Assembly: GCA_964016885.1 (NCBI GenBank) | Contig: OZ024765.1 | Coordinates: forward strand, 7,254,001 to 7,318,000 | DNA from: Eledone cirrhosa | Taxonomy: Eukaryota | Direction: 5' to 3' | DNA: 64,000 nt | In this document: in pieces, positions 51,673 through 64,000 of the stretch | How the letters are laid out: every line of letters begins with the position of its first letter | How positions within the stretch are numbered: the stretch's first letter is position 1 | Notes under the pieces: model-generated | Seen by the model: the letters and a program-made list of their open reading frames with translations, nothing else | What the model was told of the DNA's origin: nothing | The model's database searches: none | Made by a program: the position numbers and the translations under genes

Positions 51673-52184
51673 TATTATTATGTAATAAACAACATAAGGC
51701 AATTATTCCATTTACCAGTGGTTTCTTAAAAGCAAAAGGTTTTGCTTTCAATCCTCAGAACGGAAAAATCCTGGTTTGTTTATTGAATTTGGATTACAAA
51801 CAAAAATGCAATCTATATGAAAGTGAGGCTGGAGAAGGGAGAAGGAAAGGAAAAATAAAATAAAATAAAACTATGCATGCAAACACACAAAAAAAAACCC
51901 AAAAGCATACTTACACACACATACATATATACATATATATATATGTACGCATACATATATACATATACACATATATATAAAACGTACACTTACATACACA
52001 AACACATATATACACACATATACACATACAAACATTAATACATATACACACACACACACACACACGCGCGCGCGCATATCCACACACATATATATTTGTT
52101 TATTACATAATAATAATAATTAAGCTCTGTTGCCTACATAGAGCACTCTTTTTTCCTGGACTTTTCCGATGGAATTACTTCATT

Positions 52185-52233
<49 letters not shown>

Positions 52234-53133
52234 ATAGCTTAGTTGAGTTCAAAACACAACCATATTAAGGCAAAGAATAATTCAAAATTCAAATGTGATT
52301 TTATAGTCCACAGCAAGAGAATTGATATATTTGGACGTGTTTGGTAAATATTTGATCTTTACGTTGTTTAATACATTCTGAAGAGATCAATATAGCAAAA
52401 TTGAATATTCCTGTTGAACTGATTGAATTGTTCAGCAATCTATTAACCCTTTAGAATTTAAACCAGCCATATCCGACCAGAATTCTCTCACCTCTTTCTG
52501 TTCAAACCAGCCGTAACTGGCCACTCATGCCGATGTTACGGTATTGTTCTCAAAATAAATAGCATCAAAATCTCATAGATTCGAAATTATGTGAGGTAAA
52601 ACCTTTACTGTGAAAATATAATAGTATATTTAGAGTAATGTAAATGCTAAATGGTTAAATAATTGAATGTAATTTAATCGTAGCTATTTTTATTCATATA
52701 TATATATATATATATAATGCATAGGGTTAGACACTCAGAGTGGACTGGGTGCTTTTTATTGTGGCACTAGCACCACCACTTTACAGGGTCGACTGTGTGC
52801 ATTTTATTGTGGCACCTGCACTTCCACTTTGCAGCGAGGACTGGGTGCATTTTATCATGGTACGAACACTACCTCTTTAGTGTGTGGGCTGCGTGCATTT
52901 TATTGTGACACCAGCACTACCACTTTACAGGGTGGACTGGGGGTATTTTATTGTGGAACAAGTACTACCACTTTTCAGCTTTACAGAGTGGAGTGGATGC
53001 ATTTTATCATGGCAACAGCATTACCATCTTACAGTGAGCATAAATACGCACCTACATATATATATATTATATATATCCAAAATCAATTAAGGGTGTCATG
53101 TCCGAGAGACATGCGCCATATGTTTCATATGTT

Positions 53134-53187
<54 letters not shown>

Positions 53188-53697
53188 ATCAATTTCTAGT
53201 TGATATATATATATATATATCATCATCATTTCATCAATTCATTTTACGTCCGCTTTTTCCCTGCTTGCAAGGGTGGGACAGGAACTGATGCTGGCTTGAT
53301 TTCTACAGCTGGATGCCCTTCCTAACACCAACCTCATTTACAGTGAGTGCTGGGTGCTTTTTTGCCGTGGCACCTCCACGACCACTTTGCAGTGGAATGA
53401 TAGGGACCCCAGTCCCTATCATCTCATTTCTACAGCTGAGTAAACTGGAGCAATGTGAAATAAAGTGTCTTGCTCAAGGAAACAACACATCACCCAGTCT
53501 GAGAATTGAACTCACAACCTTTCAATTGCAAGGCCAATGCTCTAACCACTTAGCCATGTGCCTCCATAGGTATATATGTATATATGTACATATACATACC
53601 TAAGCAAGACAAATATCTGCTTCACTTCACTAACATGGTCTCTGTAGACTCGTCCAACCCATGCAAGCAAGGAAAACGGACTTTGTTGATGATAATG

Positions 53698-53731
<34 letters not shown>

Positions 53732-53841
53732 GTGGGACCCATGTTAGTCAACCTCCTCATAGTGGGCCCTGGAAACTGGTCCCTGAGCTCTGATCTCGAT
53801 CAGATGAACAACACCAACCTGAAACCAATGTACATGCAAGA

Positions 53842-53901
<60 letters not shown>

Positions 53902-53934
53902 CACACATATATATACACACACACACACACTGCC

Positions 53935-54251
53935 AGTTGTCCCTCCGGTATTTGTGGCGTTTATGTTCCTAAACCACCCGCACGAAGAGTGAAAAACTGA
54001 ATAATGGACGTGGTCCATAAAAATGCCTATAAATGCCTAAAACATAACATAAAATATAGGCCGGCAAATACGGTATATTTTTAATAAGCATGAAAAAGAT
54101 ATATGTTGTCTCAAAAAAAAGCCACTAAAAAAAAATTGCGGAAGATATTTACGATTCCACGAATATGTGGTGGTTTCCACAAACAATTATTAGTTAGGGT
54201 CTGAAGGAAATTCTGTGAATAACCAGGACTGCAGATGCCAGGGATACACTG
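53935..54251. mobile_element. Decayed Tigger/pogo-like MITE
   Basis: Imperfect TIRs CAGTTGTCCCTCCGGTATTTG and CAGTGTATCCCTGGCATCTG; interior shared with about 38090-38215. Confidence 0.5.
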
Positions 54252-54333
54252 TCCGTCTCTCACTCTCTCTCTCTCTCTGTGCGCGTGTAGTGTGTGTGTG
54301 GTGTGCATGTATACATTGTACCACTAGACACTA

Positions 54334-54371
<38 letters not shown>

Positions 54372-54628
54372 CATGTTTTGGTGTGTGAATGTATATACAC
54401 ACACACACACACACCTAATTGTGCTCGAGACAAATTACAAAGAGTTATTTATAAGCAGTGTCTGGGGTGAACCAGTAATTTTTGTACAATAGCCTCAAAA
54501 ACAATTAAAAAGATACAGCAATTACGTATAAGTAATAAAACAATGTTTCCTACAGAAAGAGAAAAAGAAATTTTAAGTTTTTCTGCTAGATTTAGCTATA
54601 AAATCTTAACAGGTTTGTTAGAACTATA

Positions 54629-55222
54629 CAAGGGTAAGCTGAAATATTCATAGGCTGATTATGAAGTAGTGATGCAAGAGCTGTGAAATCTTGCATGCAT
54701 TAATTTCAGCTCTTCTTAATCACTACCTTGTTTCTTTCCAAATAAACTGACATCTGACTGTTCAAAGAAGACTTCAAAAGTAACTAGAAGCGACTGCTTG
54801 AAAATGGATAAAATTTGGCATCATGATGTTATCAAGTATTTGCAGAAAAAGGGTTTAGCTCCCAAGGATATTCATGTTGACAGGGTTGATACATTAGGGA
54901 ATAACGCTCCAGCTTTATCAACAATGCAGAAGTGGGCAGCTGAATTTAGGAGAGAAAGGGAGAGCCTTGAAGATGACCCAAGGTCTGGACGTCTTGCAAC
55001 TGCTGCCACCACCAAGGAAAACATTGATCGTGTTCACCACATGGTAATGGATGATGGGTGATTGACTATAAATTAAATAACCAATGCCGTTAGCATATCA
55101 CATGAGAGCGTTGATAATATTCTGCACAATGAACCTGGTATGATAAAAGTTGAAAAATAAACCTCATTTGGTCATTCCATGAGAGTATCTTGGTTAGCCT
55201 ATGAACTTTTCAGCTAGCCTCG
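54629..55222 (+). mobile_element. Internally deleted mariner (irritans/Himar-like N-terminus)
   Basis: TA flanks and imperfect TIRs of about 30 bp. ORF VIKYL..KG...W.AEFRR.R.SLEDDPRSGR...ENID.VH is the HTH region only. Confidence 0.85.
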
Positions 55223-55974
55223 TATAGAAACACTGGCGCTTGCTATGTCCTGTAACATAGCAGTTGGCCAAAAAGGGATTGATAAAATAAATAGCAAGAA
55301 CTATATCCTGTGACAGCAGCTGGAGGCAGTGAATTGTAAGAGTTGTTAGAATGTCAGACAGAATTCTGAGGTATTTGTTCCTGCTCTCCGAGTTCAAATC
55401 CCGCCGAGGTCAACTTTGCCTTTCATACTTTTGAGTTCGATAAAAAAAAGTACCAGTCAAGTACTGGGTCGATTCTTCCTCTAATATCTCTTTCTCACTT
55501 CCTCTCTATCACTTGCTGACCTCAACTTTGCCTCACATCCATTTGAGGTCGATAATCAAAAGTACCAGTCAAGTACCGGGGTCAATTCTTTCTCCATATA
55601 TGTCTTTCACACTTCCATTCTCTCACCCTCCCCATCCTCCTCTGGAAGAAATCTGCTGTATTCAGACCCGGAGAGGAGATGGGCTCTGACAGGTTTAAAA
55701 ACTGCCCTAGAAACGCTGTATGTTAATGCAGCACCCTTTCAACTCCAAGAGTTACGGGACCATGCATGCATGCTGCATAGCATTTGGTCAAACAGGGATC
55801 GATGAAACAAGTAACAAGATTTGGATGGATGTGCAGAGACTGTAGGGTCACTGACCATCTGGACATGACAGGCCAGCCAGGGGTTACATACCGTTTGGCG
55901 CTCTACAGAGTGCATTTTATTGTGGCACCAACACTAGAGAGGTTTGACATAACTGATGGATCCTCCCAACCTTT

Positions 55975-56435
55975 TGTATGTGTGAGTGTGTGTGGTGTCT
56001 ACATGCACATCTGTATGTGTGAGTGTGTGTGGTGTCTACATGCACATCTGTATGTGTGAGTGTGTGTGTGTGGTGTCTACATGCACATCTGTATGTGTGA
56101 GTGTGTGTGGTGTCTACATGCACATCTGTATGTGTGAGTGTGTGTGGTGTCTACATGCACATCTGTATGTGTGAGTGTGTGTAGTGTCTACATGCACATC
56201 TGTATGTGTGAGTGTGTGTGGTGTCTACATGCACATCTGTATGTGTGAGTGTGTGTGGTGTCTACATGCACATCTGTATGTGTGAGTGTGTGTGGTGTCT
56301 ACATGCACATCTGTATGTGTGAGTGTGTGTGGTGTCTACATGCACATCTGTATGTGTGAGTGTGTGTGGTGTCTACATGCACATCTGTATGTGTGAGTGT
56401 GTGTGGTGTCTACATGCACATCTGTATGTGTGAGT
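55975..56435. repeat. 37-bp minisatellite, about 12 copies
   Basis: Unit tgtatgtgtgagtgtgtgtggtgtctacatgcacatc. Confidence 0.92.
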
Positions 56436-57176
56436 GAATTTACAGATGCAATCCAGAGATTAAAGAAACGGGAACAGAAAAAAATTTGACATGAGACTAA
56501 ACTGAGATGAAAAGCCAAAAAAGGTAACCCAGTGACTCACCGCCGGGGGGAAAATCTGACCACAGCGCAGGCAAAGGGTTAGAAAGAATGCCGCAATACA
56601 TTCTATCTGACGCTCCACCAATTACGTTTACGGCAGAACTATAAAGTATTTCCGAATTTTACAACACTTTAAAAAAAAAGTGAAAGGTCACTTCCAAATT
56701 TAAGTTTACCAAAAGTGGTCCCCGACTTTAAAACCTAGCTAATTTCTACATACTGTATAACTTTCGGCCGAAAAATTACCACATGACCCCTCCCCACGCA
56801 TCTAATGAAATAGACGACGTCCAAAAGCCCGTGACCTAGTGAATAGGGTGTTGGACTTAAGATAATAATGTCGTGAGTTCGATTCTTGAGCAAAACACTT
56901 TATTTCGCGTTGCTCCAGTATACTCAGCTAAAAATAGCTATGAGCAATACTTTGTGGCTTAACCCTGCGTTGGACTGGTGTCCTGCCCAGGTGGGAAGTG
57001 TCCTCTCAGTCGCTTACCACAGGAACCGAGATAAGCACCGCTCTGATAAGCCTCAGGGCTCGAAATAGACAAAAGCCCTACCTAGCTTCATTGTCTTGAA
57101 ATTAACAATTAACGATACATTTACGAAATTGACACACACACACACTAATAAAAAAAGATGTTCTTTGATCAATTAA

Positions 57177-57229
57177 ATTTTATTATACATATTTCGGACG
57201 TACAACAGTACGTCCTCATCAGACAAAAT
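57177..57229 (-). ncRNA. Minimal type I hammerhead ribozyme motif (family A), sense to RanBP2 intron 1
   Basis: ATTTTGT-CTGATGA-GGACGTAC TGTT GTACGTCC-GAAA-TATGTA-TA-ATAAAAT. Confidence 0.75.
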
Positions 57230-57392
57230 ATGATACATGACATACCCTGGGATGTTAAATGGTTAATATTTAATGAAGGTATATAATATTTGTATCTTAA
57301 TATTAATAACTCTGGAAAATTATTTTCTTGTAGAGTGCTTCCAACCTACTGTAAAACTCATTCTTTGATATACTCATTGAATCTTGTTTAAC

Positions 57393-57424
<32 letters not shown>

Positions 57425-57577
57425 TCTAAAAGTATCGATGAATGCAATCAGATGAAGCGACCGAGCTGAAACTTCGAAATCACTGCCACTTTTCTATTTA
57501 GAAAACATTACTACACTACCCACCGGTATTGAGTGCTCATTCCATCAAGATTTTAAACGGATTCTAATACACACGAC

Positions 57578-57634
<57 letters not shown>

Positions 57635-58417
57635 GCTTTTTGTTAAATGAACGAAAGGAATACTGAATACATATAAATATAGTTTCCCGCTTCACACATT
57701 CATATGTGTGTGTATGTGTTTATGTATGTGTGTGTGTGTGTCAGTCTGTATGTCTGTCTGTCCGTATATCTGTATGTGTGTGTGTGTGAATGTATGTCCT
57801 TATATCTGTGTGTACGACTGTCCGATTATCTTTGTGTGCGTATGTATATACATATATATATATGTCCTTATATCTGTGTGTATGTATGTATGTCAGTATG
57901 GGCGGAAGAACTCATGAACTCATAAAAGTCAACGGCCATTCAAGAGTGTGTAAATATGTATGTAGACATGTACCGCACGGTTAAACCACTGGGAGTGAAG
58001 GACCCCTAGCCTTTGTCAGGGCATTCTTCTAGAAGAAGGCGACTCAGTAGTTACCGATGATGTTGATCATTTCTTCTTTTCGGGTTATAGCTACTGTCGC
58101 TCAGAGAGTGGGATTGGCTCAGTGCACAGTCTTTCCTCACTTTAAAAATATCTTCACGCACAGGCACTGCACGATAGAATTAATTAATAATTACTAATAA
58201 TGGTATATCGTGCAATGGCCATACTCGATAACGAGGGGGCAGCCATCATGTATATAAGTACATCATTACTACCGTTCCTTTATATTAAAACAATTACCAG
58301 TTTTAGTGGCAGTTGTCTTCTATATATTTATAAACCGTAATATTGGTTAATATGTAAGCAACAAGCATATCTAAAGACAGTTTATGGCAGATCGACAGTA
58401 CTCGTATACACACACAC

Positions 58418-58533
<116 letters not shown>

Positions 58534-58765
58534 GTAGAACACTGGAAGGTAATATCCGTAATGGTAGAGCACTCAGTCCATGGGTCGAGTTGGGTAGAAG
58601 TGGTTACACAACAGTTAGTTCACCATACCGGGAACAATTGCTTCATATATATATATATATAATATATATATATGCGTATCCCGCTGTGCAAGAATTTTCT
58701 TGGGTTGACCAATGCCTAGTGAGTGGAAATTTGGTAGACGGGGACCGGAGAAGAACCACGTACAC

Positions 58766-58911
<146 letters not shown>

Positions 58912-59973
58912 TTCGTGAAGGCGTGTAGCTGAATGGTTAGAGAATTGGGTTGAGGATGTTGAGGTTGTGAGTTCGATTCCTGGACCGGGAAATGCGTTAT
59001 GTCCTTGAGCAAGACACTTTATTTCACGTTGCTCCTTCTACCTGGAGTTGCGACCGATAGATAGTACTAGCAACTGGAAAGACCAACGGAAACATTGTTT
59101 CCTCGGTCCGATTTGACGAAAGTCGATCGATCCATTAATATATATATACATAGATATATTTCTTTATTAGCCACAGGGGCACAAAAGAAGGGGACAAATA
59201 CAAAGGGGGAAGTTTACATACAATAAAAACGTGTCATAGATAGATAAGAACATATTAAGTTACATATGTCCATCGGGAATCGACTTAATATAAATATATA
59301 TATAATCCATTTAATTGCGTTTTGCATCACGTCAAACATTTCATAAGGATGAAAGGCAAAGTTAACCTCGGCGGGATTTGAACTCAGAACGTAAAGGGCC
59401 ATAACTCTAAACCGTAAAGCATGGTGTCTGACGCTCTACCGATACTGCCAAAGGATGCATTGCCCTACGGTTCAGCTTCTGCCGTTTCGACAGCAGATCA
59501 AAGAATATTTATATCTTCACTCTACTTTTCTTAAGAAGAGTTGTACTAGTAAGAGTAAAGTCTTACAGGTCTTTAACTAGAAACATCTGATCTATATAAT
59601 CTCTGTTTATATATATTATACATACATACACACACACAAAGGCCGAAACACTTGCTTGAGGATTATAAGATGTGGGGGTGCACTTTGAATCTCTCTTAGG
59701 AGTTTCTTACCACGAGAGAGAGAGAGAAAGAGAGAGAGATTTAATTTGTTGGAAATTCAACAAATATAAATGTTTATAACTGATTCAGAGCATTCGACAA
59801 GTTACTGGAGTAATATGATATTAAATAAATGGAAACTATATTTATAAAACCATATTTATTCTAGGGTACCAAAAAACTTTGGTACGCTTTCATCAGATAA
59901 AATACAAAGAGTGTTTTATAAATTTTGACATAACCAAGGAACATACCTTAACGGTTGAATTTTACTTGGATAG

Positions 59974-60056
<83 letters not shown>

Positions 60057-61090
60057 AGATCAAAAGATGGTTAAAAGAGTTCCATGTATTTTATTATGCG
60101 CATTTCAAAAACAAATATCATCATGCGATGACATTTGCGTTTTCGTCAGATAAAATAGGGAGACATGATATGAAGGTTAAAAAACACTTGTGAATAGTGC
60201 AGTTTTAAATCAACCATCTTTTGATCTTATATTATTTATACTCCAGTCCTACAAACTGTAGAGTGCTACTTATCCGATATCTGCATTGCTTTATTGTACT
60301 ACAATAAAACTCACTCCTACATATAAATATATATATATATACATTAGATTGTGTATATATATACACACACACACACAAATACACGTGTGTGTGTATTATC
60401 AGTTAATAAAGGATTTAAAATATTTAAGTAGATTTTTCCTAGTAAAAAATCGTGACTTTTAAACTCCATTTCCGCCTACCTACCGGCCAACTCAGATGAT
60501 TTCAAACACATTAAACGGTTTTATCTACACACATGTGTGTATGTGTCTATATACACACATACGAAATATAATTAATAACCAGAGAGGTATGTATATTGTG
60601 TGTACAATGAACAGATTCTATATAAAAACATGTAGATCCACAAGTGTGTGTGTATGTATGTGTATATATATGCACACACAACGTATTTTAAAAGTGTATG
60701 TATGTATACATATACATTTACGCATATATGTACCTTACATACATATACATATATATATGTATACAAACAATATATATATCGCATTTCAACATACGTTGTA
60801 CATGCTACATAGAGATTTTTATAGGGTCTATGAAAACTAACCAGGAAATAAAATGTGTGTATGTATATATATATATATGTATACACATCGGCGTATAACA
60901 CATACCCTAATTTTGAGAAGGAAGTTTAAGTAACGAAAAATATATATATACCTCTATAATAGACACACATGCATAGCTATAATACACGCACATATATATT
61001 TATATACTTACATCTATAATACACACAAACATCATATACATATAATACTCATATATATATAGCTATAAAATACACATACATCTATAATAC

Positions 61091-61130
<40 letters not shown>

Positions 61131-61182
61131 ACACATCTATAACACACACGCACAAACATTATATAATATAGATATATATATT

Positions 61183-61226
<44 letters not shown>

Positions 61227-61227
61227 C

Positions 61228-61260
<33 letters not shown>

Positions 61261-61293
61261 AAGATAGATATGGTATATACGACACACAATTAC

Positions 61294-61365
61294 CTCTTTA
61301 TCATCATGAGTTCTTCTCAGTAGATCGGCGGCATGCCGGTCGACTTCTTTTTTCGTTCGGAACAT
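61294..61365 (-). CDS. RANBP2: RanBP2 exon 1 (MFRTKKEVDRHAADLLRRTHDDKE)
   Basis: ATG start, GAG|GTAATT donor, 72 nt; resembles the RanBP2 N-terminus. Confidence 0.88.
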
Positions 61366-61700
61366 TATTTAGTATATATATATATTAAATCAGTAAAATT
61401 CGGTAGTAATCCGTAGTTATTGGTATCACAATTGGTGTTATTAGTAGTATTGGTATAAATCACTGTTTATAAGCAACTTGGCTAAACAATCACTTCATTC
61501 ATTGTCGTTTGGAAATTAAAAAAAAAAAAACGCCAAACTAACGTGCGTCTTTTTCAAAAGGGATTTTTCCGCCATCAAACTGTCGTAAAAAGGTTCGTTT
61601 CTGGTTTAACGACAGTCCGTCTGTCGCTCAAATTTATTTCGTGAAATTAATTTTTTTAAATGTAATTTAAGAGAAAAGAACAGAAAAGAAAAGGAAAAAG
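61366..61700 (-). promoter_or_regulatory. Probable 5'UTR and core promoter region of RanBP2
   Basis: Non-repetitive, relatively CpG-containing sequence directly upstream of the ATG; TSS cannot be located from sequence. Confidence 0.35.
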
Positions 61701-62639
61701 GACTAAATGTTTATTTTTTCGAAAATAATATTTTTAAAAATGATAATTACAAATGTAGGCGTGTGGCCAAGTGGTTAAGGCTGTTACTGCGATCATATTG
61801 TTGTGGGTTCGATTCCTGGATCAGGTGGTGTGTTGTGATCCCGAGCAAAAACATTTCGTTTCACGTTTCTCCGTGACATTCAACTGAAAATGAGTACCAT
61901 CAGAAGTGTCAGTGAGTTAACCTTTGCAATGGGGGAAAGGAGCGTCACTTAAACCGATGAAAAATGGACCTCCGAGCTTCGGACAGGCTTTAATACTGCG
62001 ATAGTTTTGTGTCCTATCCAAGGAACAAGGGGAGTCTTGTACACTCAGTAACTTAATGCTGATGAAAAATAAAACCGAGTATAAGCACCGGCCTCACGAA
62101 TCTCCAAGCTTGAGACAGACATTAACCCTGCGATGGACTGGGGTCTTATCCAGGGGCTGAGGAAGTCTTTCGTTTTTCTTCACTTAACGCGGATGAAAAA
62201 TGAAACCAATAATAAGCACTCGCCTGATGAGCTTCCAGACTTGGAACAGAGTTTATTTTTCAACTTAAACTACAAGTATGATAATCACCATTCACCCGAT
62301 CTTCACCATTTCTTGCAGTGTCTCCTGCGATTCTTTCTTTAGACATTCTAACCACTTGTCCATAATGTCCTAGCTTCATTCCAAATTAATTCAACTTTAA
62401 ACCATTAACTTTATATCTTTCAACTTAAACTACAAATGTAAAAATCACCAGCCGAATGTGTTTTCAACGAATCTGACCTCCAAACCCATTGGAAAGTATT
62501 GGGGGAGATCTTTAGAAAACGGAGGGGTGTGGATAAGGAACACTCCGGGGTTTTCTTTGTAATTATTATCTTCTTTTTCTTCGCCCACTAATTCCTGAGA
62601 GGGTCATGGGGGCAGAATAATAAAACACTCTTTCCGGCA

Positions 62640-63052
62640 GGTCCTGTCAGAAGCAACCGTTTCTTAACTGATCCGGCTGGATCTCCAAGCGTGACCAGCC
62701 AAGCACATGGATATTATCCAACCATCTTGCTCGGGATCTCCTCCTCGGTCTCCTGCCCGTAAAATCTGTCCTGAGTTATACTAACCACATACCCATAGTA
62801 TCGGAGCTATGATCTCTCAATTTGGAGAAGTATCGGTTGTACCTGGAGTGACTTTCTGATCTCCGGGCTACAAATATCTCCAGCAATTCTTTCCTATGAC
62901 ATTCTAACTACATGCCCATAGTATCGGAGCTATGATCTCTCAATTCGGAGAAGTATCGTCTCTACCTGGAGTGACTCTCTGATCTCCGATCTATGCACTT
63001 TATCGAGTAACATTACTCCAAAGACCCTTCCGAGGAACCCCATTTCGGCCGC
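62640..63052 (-). mobile_element. RTE LINE fragment
   Basis: QAAEMGFLGRVFG...SEIRESLQVE..LLRIERS. Confidence 0.75.
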
Positions 63053-63085
<33 letters not shown>

Positions 63086-63189
63086 AACGAATCTGACGTT
63101 GAAACCAGTCGGAAATGACTCGTTTTTTCGCAAACAGAAGATGGAAGGCGGCGAATGGAATGCATAGTAGAATTCGTTACGGCCCACTA

Positions 63190-63925
63190 TGTTCTGAGTT
63201 TAAATCTCACCCTGGTCCACTTTGCCTTTCGTCTTTCTGGGATCAATAAAAGCAAGCACCAATCAAGTACTGGGGTCGATTTAATTTACTTTCCCCTTCC
63301 GCTAAATTCTTGGCTTTGTATCTAAAGCAGAAGTTATTATTGCTGGTAATCGGTTGAGCGTTGAACAACGTATTTTGTGGTGTAGAGTTACGGGCCTTTA
63401 TTTATGAGTTCAAATCTCGCCGCGGTCAACATTACTTTTCATCTTTCCAGGGTCGATAAAATCTAGTACTGGGGGACGATATAATCACTTGCCCCTTCCC
63501 CTAAATTCTTGGCCTTGAGTCTAAAGTAGAAATCACTATCGGCAGCAATCGGTGGAGCGTCGGACAACATGCTTTGCAGCATAGAGTTACGTCCCTTTAC
63601 GTTCTGAGTTCAAATCCTGCCGAGGTTAGCTTTGCCTTTTATCCTTACGTGGTCGATTAGCAAAGCACCAGTAATGCACTGGGGTCGATTTAATCGACTC
63701 CTCCCCCTAAAATTGCTGGCCTTGTGCCTAAATCAGAAATTTGGCAGTATCGGTAGAGGGTCGGACGCCATGCTTTCCAGCATAGAGTTACGTCCCTTTA
63801 CGATCTGAGTTCAAATCCCGCCGAGGTTGACTTTGTCTTTCATCCTTACGGGGTCGATAAAATAAAGTACCAGTAATGCACTGAGTGATTGCTGGCCTTG
63901 TGCCTAAAGTAGAAATCATTATTAT
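63190..63925 (+). mobile_element. Tandem cluster of about 4 copies of a second tRNA-derived SINE family
   Basis: Repeated GAGTTCAAATCCCGCCGAGGT...GGGGTCGATAAA...GTACCAGT. Dispersed copies at about 12350, 16560, 19120, 44700, 47255, 55320 and 59340. Confidence 0.8.
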
Positions 63926-64000
63926 AGTTTATCCCAGTTTGTTACTCGCTGTAAACCAATTACCGTATTTTTGTTGTTTTTACTTCGCGGCGAATTGGCA

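Noticed and set aside
57040-57070. CTGATAAGCC...GGCTCGAAA and the similar 62224 CTGATGAGC as hammerheads
   Set aside because: They sit in SINE 3' tail stem-loops; the pairing register does not fit the core and stems I and III are missing.
57445-57490. CAGATGA...GAAAC hammerhead-like motif (also CTGATGAGGG at 40250)
   Set aside because: The core is mutated or GAAA and stem pairing are missing; at most decayed remnants.
61757-61830. tRNA gene upstream of RanBP2 (also about 58915-58990 and 26461-26530)
   Set aside because: A/B boxes are present but the cloverleaf is poor and the sequence continues into a SINE body; these are SINE heads.

Overview
Eukaryotic, repeat-rich animal DNA. The SINE, RTE and (TA)n content is most like an octopod cephalopod (inference). 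One gene spans nearly the whole window: RanBP2/Nup358 on the minus strand. I reconstructed 26 coding exons by hand from GT-AG sites with consistent phases, from the ATG at 61365 down to 200 (7234 nt, about 2411 codons). They encode the TPR/leucine-rich N-terminal domain, coiled-coil element, RBD1, two RanBP2 zinc fingers, FG region and RBD2. The 3' end of the gene lies beyond position 1. The introns hold a near-complete Buster-type hAT with TIRs and 8-bp TSD, hAT, piggyBac and mariner MITEs, a maT element, Helitron pieces, RTE-, Vingi- and Proto2-like LINE tails, tRNA-derived SINEs and many mini/microsatellites. The most notable unexplained signals are three families of minimal type I hammerhead ribozyme motifs (one inside a 390-bp near-perfect palindrome), an intronic repeat that continues the RanBP2 frame as about 22 extra FG motifs, and inverted SINE pairs that bracket exon blocks.
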